From Candidatus Woesearchaeota archaeon (lineage in GTDB: Archaea > Nanobdellota > Nanobdellia > Woesearchaeales > JASKKU01), in the NCBI GenBank assembly GCA_030154045.1, contig JASKKU010000002.1, positions 7,663 to 71,662 on the forward strand: DNA of 64,000 nucleotides, written 5' to 3'. Positions within the stretch are counted from its first letter, which is position 1, and the number at the start of each line of letters is the position of its first letter. The position numbers and the translations under genes were made by a program. A model generated the notes under the pieces. It was not told the origin of the DNA. It worked only from the letters and a program-made list of their open reading frames with translations, and did not search any database. This document shows positions 9,465 through 20,077 of this stretch, one piece after another.

Positions 9465-10424
9465 ATGCAGTCTGATGTTATCTTGAAAGTTGAAGATCTT
9501 GATGTTAACTTGAATAATGTTCAAATATTGAAAGATATCAACCTTAAAATATATAACTCAGAAATCTTAAGCTTGGTTGGTCCTTCTGGTTCAGGCAAAA
9601 CAACTTTAATTATGACTTTGCTAGGTCTAATAAAACCCTCTGGCGGCGATGTACTCTTTGCTCACAAAACCAAAAAAGGGATAGTTTTTAAATCGATCTT
9701 TGACCATTTAGACTATTTTCGTTCACACGTGGGTTTCTCTAGCCAGGAATCTTCTTTTTACAAAAAACTGAGTGTTCAGGAGAACCTTGAATTCTTTGGG
9801 GCGATGTATTCTTTACCGAGGGATGTTATTAGACAAAGGACAACTATTCTCTTAGATTTATTTGAATTAAAGGAACATAAGAACAAAATTGTTGATGAGC
9901 TTTCAGGAGGTATGAAAAAAAGGTTGGATTTAGCAATTGCGCTAATTCACAATCCTTTAATTCTTATGTTGGATGAACCGACATCAGAGCTTGACCCTGT
10001 TTTGCGTAAGGAGATGTGGTATTTCATAAAAAAAATCAATAGTCGCGGGAAAACTATAATATTGAGTTCACATTTTATAAACGATATGGAATCCGTGGCA
10101 GATAGAATTGCGTTATTATCAAATCAAAAGATAACTCTTTTAGGTACGCCTACTGAGATCAGAGAACGAATGGGTTTGCTCGATCAAATCATAATCGAAA
10201 CATTGCCTGGAAACTACGATGAGCTGCTTAAAACTTTCTATACCAGTCCTAAAATTGGTTTGAAAAATCACAAGCATAATTTCAACAATTTGGTTTTGCT
10301 TGTTGAAGATAGCCACAAGGCTTTAGTTGAGATTGTAAAAATTTTAGAAAATGCTTCAGAAAAGATAGTTAATCTAGAAGTAAGAAAGCCTCCTTTAGAG
10401 GAGTTGTTTGAGTTTATTTCCTAA
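9465..10424 (+). CDS. ABC transporter ATP-binding protein
   Basis: Walker A (GPSGSGKTTL), ABC signature (LSGGMKKRLDLAIAL) and Walker B (LMLDEPTSELD) are all present. Confidence 0.85.
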   Translation: MQSDVILKVEDLDVNLNNVQILKDINLKIYNSEILSLVGPSGSGKTTLIMTLLGLIKPSGGDVLFAHKTKKGIVFKSIFDHLDYFRSHVGFSSQESSFYKKLSVQENLEFFGAMYSLPRDVIRQRTTILLDLFELKEHKNKIVDELSGGMKKRLDLAIALIHNPLILMLDEPTSELDPVLRKEMWYFIKKINSRGKTIILSSHFINDMESVADRIALLSNQKITLLGTPTEIRERMGLLDQIIIETLPGNYDELLKTFYTSPKIGLKNHKHNFNNLVLLVEDSHKALVEIVKILENASEKIVNLEVRKPPLEELFEFIS

Positions 10425-12429
10425 ACCAGAAAAAATGTTACAGACAATTTTTGAGGTAATTCGAAAGGATTTAAGGTTGTTAATTAGAAGCAGGTCTTCT
10501 CTTTTAATCATACTGTTAACACCTCTTTTGATCTTGTTAATTACTGGCGTTTCTCTAGAAAAACAAACCAACTTTTACATCACTGCAGGTGTTTATTCTG
10601 ATAGTTATTCCCATTTAGCAAAATCTTATATTTCTAATTTGGAAATGCAGTCTGTAAATGTTAAGTATTTTGATTCTGAAAAGGAATGCGTTGATGCAGT
10701 TAAGTACGGCACTGTTCAGGCATGCATAGTTTTCTCACCAGATTTACGAATTGAGGACAAGTATAATGGTTTTATAAAATTCTATGTAGATTATTCCCAT
10801 TTAAACCTTGCTTGGGCTATTAAAGATATGTTGTTTACAACCGCTCAAGAAGAGACGAAAGAGTTATCTCAAAATCTAATCGATGACTTGCTTTCTGTGG
10901 TCGAAACTGCAAACAAAAATCTTGATTTACAAAAGAGTGATTTAACAAATCTCGCTACTTCAAATGATAAACTCTCAAGCATATTCTCAACTATAAGCTC
11001 ATACCTCTCAGTTATAAATCCTAAGTTTGATTTTTCATTATTGAAACTGGATGATATTGAAGATTCTGCGAGTTCTCTAAAATTGAAATCCTCTGGAGTA
11101 GTTTCATTGGCAAGCAATAAACTAAGCGAAGTATCTAATTCTCTAGATGAATTAAAATCTTCAGTTTCACAAATTAATGATTCACAGGTTAATTCTCTAA
11201 TCCTTCCAAAAATTGACAAAATTAAGACAGATATCATTTCTTATCAACAAACAATCTTAGCAAACAAGAATTCTATTGACTCAACCGCAGGAGAATTACA
11301 ATCTTATATTGAAAACCTAAAAAATCAAATCAACAATCTTTCGAAAATACTTGATGAAGTAAGAATCTCTCAAGACAAATCTTTAGAATATGTCAGCGAT
11401 GGCAAAAAACAGGTAGCAAACATTTTGAACTCTGTCTTCGATTTGCAGAAATCTATCAACGAATTAGAAAAGAAAATTGACCAAGTTAGTGTTTTCTCTT
11501 CAGGAAAAATCGCTGAACCATTTAAGACTGAAATTGAATCTGTGACCCCTGAGAAACATAGCATTACACTTCTTTTTCCTACAATTCTTTCATTAATGGT
11601 TCTGTTTGTAAGCCTTATCATTTCATCAACTCTTCTTCAAATGGAAAAACAATCCGAGGCTCATATTAGAAATTTGATTACTCCAACGAAAACTTTGATT
11701 ATTAGTTTAGGAATTTTCTTAACAACACTAATTGTTGTAATTTTGCAGTATTCAATATCATTAATTACTGTTGCTCCTATGCTTTCTATTAAAGGATTCT
11801 TCCTAAAATTCCTTGAGGCTTTGCTATTGACAATCCTATCATCTTCAGTGTTTATATTCATTGGAATCTTGATAGGCAGTTCTTCCAAGAGCGAGGAAAT
11901 CAGTCTTATACTGACGGCGCTTGTTGCATTGCTCCTCATAATTTTTTCAGGAATGATTTATCCTTTGGAGGCATTCCCAAGAGGACTTCAGATGGTTTTA
12001 AAGCTCAATCCTTTATATTTGACAGACTATTTTTACAACCAGATTTTTGTTAAAGATGTTGTTCTAACCAAGATTCCTTTGCAGATTTTAACCCAGCTTT
12101 GTTGGTTTGTTGGTTTGTTTATTGCTCTTGTACTTTTACAGGAGTTGTTTGATGAAAAATTCTTAATTTCTCACAGAAATAAAGCTTTACATAAAAAGAA
12201 GAAACGCAACTCACGAGTTGAAAATGAAGAAACTGAAAAGTTAACAAAACTGTTGGTTGAATTAAATCATATCCTATCGCCTAAGAACAAAATAACAACT
12301 GAGGAAATAGAAAATGCGAAAAGATTGTACCTCAAGGCGTTATCCATTTACCAAAAACTTGATAAAACCCAAAAGGAAGAATTCTTTGATGAGTTAAATT
12401 TAATACATAAGAAACTCTCCGCATTATAA
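10408..12429 (+). CDS. ABC-2-type permease with a large extracytoplasmic coiled-coil domain (YhgE/Pip-like architecture)
   Basis: An N-terminal TM helix is followed by a ~350 aa S/N/L-rich helical ectodomain, then five or six C-terminal TM helices and a charged tail. It overlaps the ATPase stop by 17 nt. Confidence 0.55.
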   Translation: MSLFPKPEKMLQTIFEVIRKDLRLLIRSRSSLLIILLTPLLILLITGVSLEKQTNFYITAGVYSDSYSHLAKSYISNLEMQSVNVKYFDSEKECVDAVKYGTVQACIVFSPDLRIEDKYNGFIKFYVDYSHLNLAWAIKDMLFTTAQEETKELSQNLIDDLLSVVETANKNLDLQKSDLTNLATSNDKLSSIFSTISSYLSVINPKFDFSLLKLDDIEDSASSLKLKSSGVVSLASNKLSEVSNSLDELKSSVSQINDSQVNSLILPKIDKIKTDIISYQQTILANKNSIDSTAGELQSYIENLKNQINNLSKILDEVRISQDKSLEYVSDGKKQVANILNSVFDLQKSINELEKKIDQVSVFSSGKIAEPFKTEIESVTPEKHSITLLFPTILSLMVLFVSLIISSTLLQMEKQSEAHIRNLITPTKTLIISLGIFLTTLIVVILQYSISLITVAPMLSIKGFFLKFLEALLLTILSSSVFIFIGILIGSSSKSEEISLILTALVALLLIIFSGMIYPLEAFPRGLQMVLKLNPLYLTDYFYNQIFVKDVVLTKIPLQILTQLCWFVGLFIALVLLQELFDEKFLISHRNKALHKKKKRNSRVENEETEKLTKLLVELNHILSPKNKITTEEIENAKRLYLKALSIYQKLDKTQKEEFFDELNLIHKKLSAL

Positions 12430-12430
12430 A

Positions 12431-13438
12431 ATGAACATTGTTGAACTTGAACATGTAAACTTTGCATATGGAAAATCTATCATCCTTAAAGATATCTCTC
12501 TTAAACTCCAAAAAGGCAAAGTTATTGGCATCTTGGGAGAAAGCGGAGTAGGTAAAACCACTTTGTTATCTTTAATTGTTGGTCTGCTTAAACCTTCCAA
12601 AGGAAGAGTTATCTTAAATGTGCCCGAAAAAAAGATAGGTTTCTCTTTTCAGACACCTTCTTTTTTCGATGAGTTGACTGTTGAAGAGAATATAACTTAT
12701 TTCGCCAGACTTTATGGTCTTGATAAAAACCAGATTGAAAAGACTAAAACTTTCCTCTTAGGTTTTCTCGAGTTAAACGACCATGCTAAAAAATTAGCTA
12801 AAGAACTCTCAGGTGGGATGAAAAAGAGATTAGATGTAATCTTATCTTTAGTTAATGATCCCCACCTAATAATATTGGATGAACCTGTAGGAGAACTTGA
12901 CCCTTTCCTAAGGGAAAAGGTTAACGAACTCATTTCTATTTATCGAAAAAGAGGAGCCACAATAATCTTAACATCACATTATCTCTCTGACTTGATGGAT
13001 ATCTGCGAGGAATTCATTATCTTAAAGGATAAAACTGTAATCTTTTCAGGCACTTTTGATAATCTTCTATCTCAGCTAAATGTTAATTACAAAACCCAAA
13101 TCGTTTTGGAGAACGAACGTGATGTAGAACTGTTTAAGACCATCTTTAGATACAATGAAGCACTATCAATAAGAAATAAAGTAATCTTTTTACACAAAGA
13201 TAAACCTTTATTTTATAAACTGCTCCTGCATTTCATAAAAAAGAACAAGATAAAAATTAAAGAGATAAAGGTGACCTCACCAGATCTTAGAGACCTATTC
13301 TTAGATTTGGTATCAAAGCGAGACACTAATCAAAAAGAGACCCGTTCAGAAAATGAAAATCAAATAAACCAAACAAATCAAACAAAAGCTAAAAAAACAA
13401 TCCTTGGTAAAAAAACAAACTCTGAGAAAGAACCATGA
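12431..13438 (+). CDS. ABC transporter ATP-binding protein (second copy)
   Basis: It has GESGVGKTTL, LSGGMKKRLDVILSL and LILDEPVGELD. The start codon is 1 nt after the preceding stop. Confidence 0.85.
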   Translation: MNIVELEHVNFAYGKSIILKDISLKLQKGKVIGILGESGVGKTTLLSLIVGLLKPSKGRVILNVPEKKIGFSFQTPSFFDELTVEENITYFARLYGLDKNQIEKTKTFLLGFLELNDHAKKLAKELSGGMKKRLDVILSLVNDPHLIILDEPVGELDPFLREKVNELISIYRKRGATIILTSHYLSDLMDICEEFIILKDKTVIFSGTFDNLLSQLNVNYKTQIVLENERDVELFKTIFRYNEALSIRNKVIFLHKDKPLFYKLLLHFIKKNKIKIKEIKVTSPDLRDLFLDLVSKRDTNQKETRSENENQINQTNQTKAKKTILGKKTNSEKEP

Positions 13439-15213
13439 TATCAAAAGACCTAAAGATTTTTTTAAGGAACCGTGCATCCTTAATTATATTATTTATGAGC
13501 CTATTCCTTCTACTTTTCTTGTTAATTTTCTTATTTAATCACTCTGAAAAGAACTTAGTTATTGCATACTATGAGCCTTCACGATCTAATCTATCAACTT
13601 CAATAAAAAACATTCTCAAGGACCAAAGCATTAATCTGGTTAAATTTAACGACAACAATAGTTGTATTGAATCCGTTAAAAAGTCTATGTCTAACTTATG
13701 CGTCATTTTTCCCGAGAATCTTACAATATCGGAAAATTACAACGGTTCAATCAAGTTTGTAATAGACCAATCTAAAATAAATCTCGCATATTATCTGCTT
13801 GATAAGATCAACTCCCAGTTTAGTTCATTTACAAAATCTAAACAAACAGAGTATATTGACAGCATACTCGAATCTTACAACCTTTCTGTTGACAATATTT
13901 CTAAAGCACTTTCTTTATTGGACCAAATTAAAGAAGAAGCATCAAAAACAAAAAACGATATAACTCACATTAGACTACTTCTTTCACAAATAGACACTTC
14001 GTCAAAAAAATTAGATGCATCTAAACTAAAATATTCTGCTTACGATTTGATCAATAGGTATAATTTTGTAATGGATTTAACTAAACAAACCCTGTCTCTC
14101 TTTGATGATATCTATGATGATGTTGATGAATTAAACAAGCAGTACAACTTCACAGAACAACAAGTAAACTTATCTAAGTATAAACAGAACTATCAGAGAC
14201 TTCATTCTGATTTATTAACAAGAGAGAACGATTCTAACCAACTAATTCAACCTCTTATAGATAACGTTAATGCATTTTCGCATTATTATACCTCATCTCA
14301 ATCTCAACTTGAAACCATTGAACAGAAGAAGAAAGCAATTCTTTCGGATTTAGAGCGAATTGAATCCAAGATTAATGCAACACTTAATTTAACTTATTCA
14401 CAAAGCTCTTTGTTGGTAAGTGCAAAAAGGTTGTATGACAACTTGCCCATAAAAGAAACTACAACTTTAGTAGAACCTATCAAAACTGAAATTCTACCGC
14501 TCTTTAATACCTCAAGCGAGTTTGTAATCCTGCCAAGTATTTTCTCATTATTAATTATCTTCTCAGCATTGCTGTTCTCATCCTCAATTGTGGTTTCAAA
14601 CAATCTTTCACGAGGCAGATTGAGAGAAATCTTATCCAAAAAGAAGAAGAGTTATTTTTACTTAAGTTCCTTTATTTCATCGTGGTTAATTGTTTTGTTA
14701 GAATTGGCAACTTTTGTAATCTTTATTTCATTTCCTTTGAGTTTAACGACATCGCAGTTTTTAATGCTCTTGCTTTTATTATTCATTTCGACGCCTTTGT
14801 TCTTAACAATAGGCATTTTAATAGGAAATCTAAGTTCGAGTAAGGAAACCGCCGCGTTCTTTTCATTAGTGCTTTCAATAATATTTATAATAGTTTCAGG
14901 AGACTTAGTGCCTGTGGAGTTCTTCCCAAAAATCTTGAAGAACACTCTTCCGTATATTCCTTATGAGATGTTTAAGCGCGCATCTTTTAATATTATAGTG
15001 AACAATTTTAGTGAGGCTTTTAATTTCAAAGTTCTTTTGATGTTATTTTTATACACTTTAATCTTTTTCATTCTATCATATTTAACATTTAAACAGGGGG
15101 TCTTTAGAAACAATCTGTTCAGGTTTATTTTGAATCAGAACCACAAAAAATCAGATAAGAAAACCAATACAAAATCCAAAAAGAAAATTAAAAGCAATGC
15201 CGTTAAACAGTAA
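13435..15213 (+). CDS. ABC-2-type permease with an extracytoplasmic coiled-coil domain (second copy)
   Basis: The architecture matches 10408-12429. It overlaps the ATPase gene with an ATGA overlap. Confidence 0.55.
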   Translation: MISKDLKIFLRNRASLIILFMSLFLLLFLLIFLFNHSEKNLVIAYYEPSRSNLSTSIKNILKDQSINLVKFNDNNSCIESVKKSMSNLCVIFPENLTISENYNGSIKFVIDQSKINLAYYLLDKINSQFSSFTKSKQTEYIDSILESYNLSVDNISKALSLLDQIKEEASKTKNDITHIRLLLSQIDTSSKKLDASKLKYSAYDLINRYNFVMDLTKQTLSLFDDIYDDVDELNKQYNFTEQQVNLSKYKQNYQRLHSDLLTRENDSNQLIQPLIDNVNAFSHYYTSSQSQLETIEQKKKAILSDLERIESKINATLNLTYSQSSLLVSAKRLYDNLPIKETTTLVEPIKTEILPLFNTSSEFVILPSIFSLLIIFSALLFSSSIVVSNNLSRGRLREILSKKKKSYFYLSSFISSWLIVLLELATFVIFISFPLSLTTSQFLMLLLLLFISTPLFLTIGILIGNLSSSKETAAFFSLVLSIIFIIVSGDLVPVEFFPKILKNTLPYIPYEMFKRASFNIIVNNFSEAFNFKVLLMLFLYTLIFFILSYLTFKQGVFRNNLFRFILNQNHKKSDKKTNTKSKKKIKSNAVKQ

Positions 15214-15286
15214 AAAAAGAATTTTTTGTTAATTCTTTTACATTTTCAGTCAGATTTTTATATTTACTAAGTATTCTTTATATTTC

Positions 15287-15805
15287 ATGGTTAATTTGAG
15301 GCTCATAATTACGGGCACTCCTGGAACAGGAAAATCCACCTTAGCAGAATATCTGTCAAAAAAGTTAAAACTGCCTTTATATAATCTTACAGAACTCATT
15401 AAACAAAATACTCAACTTGAGAAAGAGTACAATCCTGAGCTTGAAACTTTAGAAATAGATGAAGCTGAACTTAAGAAATTTCTAAACGAATTTTTTAGAG
15501 ACAAAACAAGCTTCATTCTTGAAGGCCACTTATCTCATTTGATATCTACGAATTTAGTTGATTTGTGCATTGTGCTTCGTACAGAAAACAAAGTTTTGTT
15601 TAAACGATTGAAATCAAGAGGTTATTCAAATAATAAGATAAAAGACAACTTGGAAGCAGAGATCTTTAACCAATGCTATGAAGAAGCAAAACTAAATAAA
15701 CACAAACTTCTCACAGTAGACACAACATTTTTTAACTTTGAGGAAAATACAAAGGATTTGGATTTGTTGACTGATTTTTTAAAACAAGTTGGTTTAATAA
15801 AATGA
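15287..15805 (+). CDS. Fap7/adenylate-kinase-like nucleotide kinase (AAA-family)
   Basis: The P-loop reads LIITGTPGTGKSTLAEYL. The 172 aa length fits the archaeal Fap7/hCINAP-type kinase. Confidence 0.6.
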   Translation: MVNLRLIITGTPGTGKSTLAEYLSKKLKLPLYNLTELIKQNTQLEKEYNPELETLEIDEAELKKFLNEFFRDKTSFILEGHLSHLISTNLVDLCIVLRTENKVLFKRLKSRGYSNNKIKDNLEAEIFNQCYEEAKLNKHKLLTVDTTFFNFEENTKDLDLLTDFLKQVGLIK

Positions 15806-16962
15806 GTTGTGCAGAACTTAACAAGGAATTTGAAGCAAGACCTTTTAATTGGTTAGATGTAAAAGCAATGCTTTCAGAAATCAAGCCTTTGCTAATAAAC
15901 TCTAAGGTTGATAAAGTCTATGAAATTTCACAAAACATTCTACAAATTCGGTTTCATAATCCTGTCCATAAAAAACTCAACCTCATTGTTGATCTGCCTA
16001 ATTATTTCTTCATTACAAAAAAAGAGTTTGAAAAACCAACAAAACCATCAGCTTTTGTTATGCTTTTAAGGAAAAAATTGCAAAACTCTAGATTAACAAA
16101 CATTGAACAAGTTGCATCCGAAAGATTGCTTAAGCTTTATTTCTCGAAGGATGAAAACTTTGTTTTGTATCTTGAATTAATAAAACCTGGAAATGTTGTT
16201 TTATGTAACGAACAAGATGTTATTATTAGACCCTACAGAATCCTAGAATTTTCATCAAGAAGAATCGCACCACATGAAAAATACGTTTTCCCTCTAAAAA
16301 AGAATCTTTTTGATTTAAACAAAGACAATATTATTGAAATTCTAAAAACTTCCAACAAGCAAAGCATTGTAAAAGCGTTGGCTTTGGACATAAATCTTGG
16401 CGGTTTCTATTCTGAGCTAATTCTTTCTAAGTTAAATCTTGAAAAAGATAAAGCGCCTTCGCAGTTAAAAGAACAAGAGATTGAAAGTATTGCTGACTTT
16501 GTATTAACTTTAATTAAGAATTCACAAAAAGAACAAGGTAAAGAATGCTGTTTAAACAATTTAAGTTATCTGCCAAAGTTACATGAATCCTTTGTTTTTG
16601 ATAATAAAGATTGCTTGAAAGTATTCAAGAGTTTCTCTTCAGTAATGGAGTTTATTTTTGAAAATTCTCATAGAGAACAAACAATAATTGAGCAGAAAAG
16701 CTCTTCAAAATCAGAGAAACTTAAGAGGATCATAACTTCACAAAGGAAAGAACTTGAAGAAGTTAATAAGCAGTATGAATACTTTAAAGAGCAGGGAGAG
16801 TTGATATACCAGAATTATGCCATACTTGATGAAATACTTAAAAAAATAAAGAGTTTGCGTGAGAAAAAAATAAGTTACGAAGAAATCGAGTCTATTTTAA
16901 AAGAACAAGGTTACAATGTAAAAATAGACGCAAAGAATAATAAGTTGGTCGTAGATTTGTAA
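15802..16962 (+). CDS. NFACT-N domain protein (truncated RqcH/NEMF-like ribosome quality control factor)
   Basis: The N-terminal ~150 aa follow the NFACT-N pattern (IKPLLINSKVDKVYEISQNILQIRFH..PSAFVMLLRKKLQNSRLTNIEQVASERLLKLYF..LYLELIKPGNVVLCN). A coiled-coil C-terminus follows. There is an ATGA overlap with the Fap7-like gene. Confidence 0.45.
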   Translation: MSCAELNKEFEARPFNWLDVKAMLSEIKPLLINSKVDKVYEISQNILQIRFHNPVHKKLNLIVDLPNYFFITKKEFEKPTKPSAFVMLLRKKLQNSRLTNIEQVASERLLKLYFSKDENFVLYLELIKPGNVVLCNEQDVIIRPYRILEFSSRRIAPHEKYVFPLKKNLFDLNKDNIIEILKTSNKQSIVKALALDINLGGFYSELILSKLNLEKDKAPSQLKEQEIESIADFVLTLIKNSQKEQGKECCLNNLSYLPKLHESFVFDNKDCLKVFKSFSSVMEFIFENSHREQTIIEQKSSSKSEKLKRIITSQRKELEEVNKQYEYFKEQGELIYQNYAILDEILKKIKSLREKKISYEEIESILKEQGYNVKIDAKNNKLVVDL

Positions 16963-17068
16963 ATTAGTCTTTTGTATAAGGTTCTCTTTGTGGTGTTTAT
17001 TTTTTTAAAAGATACAAACAAAATACAAATAGATTAGATTTATAAAATTTAATCCAATTCTCTTAGTT

Positions 17069-18826
17069 ATGATACGAAGTCCTATTTGCTCGGTTGTAGG
17101 TCATGTCGATCACGGAAAATCGACTTTACTGGATTTTGTAAGAGGAACCAGAATTGTATCAAAAGAGGCAGGGGGCATTACTCAGGCAATTGGCGCTTCA
17201 ATGGTTCCCCTTGATAAAATAAAAGAAATCGCAGGCCCACTCATAAAAACTTTGAAAATAGACATAAAGATCCCAGGTTTGTTGTTTATAGATACTCCAG
17301 GACATGCAGCGTTCACCAATTTGAGAAAACGAGGCGGCAATTTAGCGGACATTTCAATCTTGATTGTTGATATCAATGAAGGATTTATGCCTCAAACCAT
17401 AGAATCTTTACAGATCCTAAAAGAATACAAAACCCCGTTTATTGTCGCAGCAAACAAAGTTGATAAGCTTCCAGGGTTTCAGGTTAAGAAAGGCGTGCCT
17501 TTACTAAAACTAATAGAATCCCAGCAGCCTAATGTTCAAGCTTTGCTTGATACAAAAATTTACGAACTGGTTGGAAAACTTTATGAGTTTGGCTTCAACT
17601 CTGAGAGATTTGACCGAGTTTCAGATTACACTAAACAGGTTGCAATAGTCCCAATCTCAGCTATGTTAGGTGTAGGCGTTCCTGAATTGTTAGTTTTATT
17701 AATTGGTTTGGCTCAGAGGTATCTTGAACAATCTTTGAAATTAAATCTCGGAGAAGAGGCTAAAGGCACGATTCTTGAAGTTAAAGACATCTCTGGTTTA
17801 GGTAAAGTAATAGATGTAATATTATACGACGGTTCTCTAAGTGTTGGAGATCATATAGCCATAGCAACTCTTGATGAACCTATTATAACTAGAGTTAAAG
17901 CTTTATTTTTGCCAAAGCCGTTAACCGAGATTCGTGAGAACAAAAACAAGTTTCAAAGCGTTAAGAAAGTTACTGCTTCTTGTGGAGTAAGGATTGTCGC
18001 TTCAGACTTAGATAAATGCTTAGCAGGCATGCCATTAATCTCTATTAAAGATAGCTCAGATATTTCAGAAGTTAAGGAAAGATTAAAAGCGGACATAGGC
18101 GAAGTGTTGTTTGAAACAGATAAAGATGGTATTTTAGTAAAAGCAGATAGTTTAGGCAGTCTTGAGGCTCTGTTAACCCTTTTACGAGAAAATAACATTC
18201 CTGTTAGAAAATCAGGGTTAGGCAATATTACTAAAAAGGATATCATCGAGGCAAAAAGTCTTAAGGAAAGAGATGAGCTTTTAGGGGTTATTCTTGGTTT
18301 TAATGTTGGTTGCATAGATGACCCTCAAGATATCGAAATCATTTCAGATAACATCATTTATAGAATTATTGATAGGTATAACGAATGGTTAGAGATGAAA
18401 AAACTTGAGTTGAGAAAGCAGACTCTATCAGATTTGCCTTCTTTAGCAAAAATACAAGTATTGCCCAACTATATCTTTAGGCAATCCAACCCAGCAATTG
18501 TTGGCATAGAAGTTTTATCAGGTGTTTTAAAGAAAGATACACCTCTTATGAAAAATAATGGTGAGCCTGTTACAAGGGTAAAAGAAATCCAAAAAGATAA
18601 GGAGAGTGTTCAAGAACTTCCGAGAGGAGAACAAGCGGCAATTTCTTTAATAGGAATTACTATTGGTCATCAAGTTAAAAAAGATGAAGTCCTGTACACT
18701 TTTCTCACAGCTGAGCAGTTTAGGAGGTATAAAGAAGCAAAGGATCTTCTTGAGGATGAACAAATTGAACTCCTGAAAGAAATTGCATCAATCATGCGCA
18801 AAAAGGATCCGACTTGGGGCTTTTGA
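17069..18826 (+). CDS. infB: translation initiation factor aIF5B (IF-2 family GTPase)
   Basis: G-domain motifs are present: IRSPICSVVGHVDHGKSTLLD, DTPGHAAF and NKVDK. The 585 aa length fits archaeal aIF5B. Confidence 0.85.
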   Translation: MIRSPICSVVGHVDHGKSTLLDFVRGTRIVSKEAGGITQAIGASMVPLDKIKEIAGPLIKTLKIDIKIPGLLFIDTPGHAAFTNLRKRGGNLADISILIVDINEGFMPQTIESLQILKEYKTPFIVAANKVDKLPGFQVKKGVPLLKLIESQQPNVQALLDTKIYELVGKLYEFGFNSERFDRVSDYTKQVAIVPISAMLGVGVPELLVLLIGLAQRYLEQSLKLNLGEEAKGTILEVKDISGLGKVIDVILYDGSLSVGDHIAIATLDEPIITRVKALFLPKPLTEIRENKNKFQSVKKVTASCGVRIVASDLDKCLAGMPLISIKDSSDISEVKERLKADIGEVLFETDKDGILVKADSLGSLEALLTLLRENNIPVRKSGLGNITKKDIIEAKSLKERDELLGVILGFNVGCIDDPQDIEIISDNIIYRIIDRYNEWLEMKKLELRKQTLSDLPSLAKIQVLPNYIFRQSNPAIVGIEVLSGVLKKDTPLMKNNGEPVTRVKEIQKDKESVQELPRGEQAAISLIGITIGHQVKKDEVLYTFLTAEQFRRYKEAKDLLEDEQIELLKEIASIMRKKDPTWGF

Positions 18827-18828
18827 AA

Positions 18829-19518
18829 CTAAACTTTAATAGTTTCGTCACTTTGTTCATTCTTTCTATAAAACTCGGGTAAGCTATCTTGCTCTTCGTT
18901 CTTTTCTTTTTTAAATGTAGAATAAATCAAGGTTACTCCAAATAGGGAACTCAAAGACCAAACGATAGTACTTAATGTATTTAATCCCATAGTTTCAAAT
19001 CCTGTTGCGAAGTCTCCAGTAACATATCCTGTTATTCCAGGCATAAAGGATGTTATAAATCCTACAAAAGAAGTTACAAGAAGAATCGCTCCAATAATTG
19101 CAGGAAAGTTGTCTCTCTCACTTGTGTTTAAGTTTAACCTTTTGGCGATTCTGCGGTATTCTTTATTGATTTCATCCTTAGACTTTTTAAACAATTCTCG
19201 AATTATCTGTTTCTCATGTTCTTTAAGTTCATGCCAATAGTTTTCAACATTCTCTTTTTCAGCTCTAATTTGATTTAATTTCTCAATAGCTCCTTCATCA
19301 GTTAGTTTAACATTTAAATGTTTTAATGCAATATGTTTAATAAACTCTTTCTCAATATACCTCTTTAGAAGTGGGTCAATAATTTTAGGAAATTCTTTTA
19401 GGATATACTCAGCATGTATGTCATCAATAAAGATGCCTCTCTCAAAGTAGATCTCTTTTATTTTTTTCTTGTTTAACTTATTCTTGAATTTAGTTAACCA
19501 TTTTGTTGAGACATTCAT
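18829..19518 (-). CDS. hypothetical protein with C-terminal TM helices
   Basis: This ORF has a charged N-terminal half and two hydrophobic helices near the C-terminus. Confidence 0.3.
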   Translation of the reverse strand: MNVSTKWLTKFKNKLNKKKIKEIYFERGIFIDDIHAEYILKEFPKIIDPLLKRYIEKEFIKHIALKHLNVKLTDEGAIEKLNQIRAEKENVENYWHELKEHEKQIIRELFKKSKDEINKEYRRIAKRLNLNTSERDNFPAIIGAILLVTSFVGFITSFMPGITGYVTGDFATGFETMGLNTLSTIVWSLSSLFGVTLIYSTFKKEKNEEQDSLPEFYRKNEQSDETIKV

Positions 19519-19521
19519 TTT

Positions 19522-20040
19522 TTAACCTTCAAAAGAGGCATGCACTCTTCTTTCTTTGGGAACGAAGTTTAAAATTTTTTCCCTTGTTACTTTACCACAT
19601 CCTAAAAAATCACTACCACATTTGATTATTACAAACCTATTTTTATCAAGCTGAACTTTCTCTTTGATTTGTTCTGCTAAATCTTCATCAATCTCTATTG
19701 GTTCTCCCATCAGCCAAGATTCTTTATTCTCGGGCTTAATTTCAACTACATTTTTTTTAGCGCTAGGTCCTATTATTTGCGACCCTTCAATTGATAATCT
19801 TAGTAGGCCATCCTCTTTTTTGGCAAAGTAACAGCCTATGCGATTTATGCGCAAACTATCTGGCAAAGAATTTACATAATCGCTCTTTTTTAAGATGTAG
19901 TATCTTTTTCTAGTTTCTGATATAAAGAAAAAGTATTCTTTTTTCAAAAAGTCTGTTTTGCAGCCAAAACTCTCTTTAAGTTCCATTAGGAATTCCTTTA
20001 TTTCTTTGCTGTTTAGAATCTTTAAAGGGAGCCTCATCAC
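19522..20040 (-). CDS. Nip7-like PUA-domain protein (ribosome biogenesis)
   Basis: The region IGCYFAKKEDGLLRLSIEGSQIIGPSAKKNVVEIKPENKESWLMGEPI parallels the Nip7 core plus C-terminal PUA region. Length is 172 aa. Confidence 0.4.
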   Translation of the reverse strand: MMRLPLKILNSKEIKEFLMELKESFGCKTDFLKKEYFFFISETRKRYYILKKSDYVNSLPDSLRINRIGCYFAKKEDGLLRLSIEGSQIIGPSAKKNVVEIKPENKESWLMGEPIEIDEDLAEQIKEKVQLDKNRFVIIKCGSDFLGCGKVTREKILNFVPKERRVHASFEG

Positions 20041-20077
20041 ACTTTAAATAAAACAGTACTTTTTAATAGCTTTTTGG

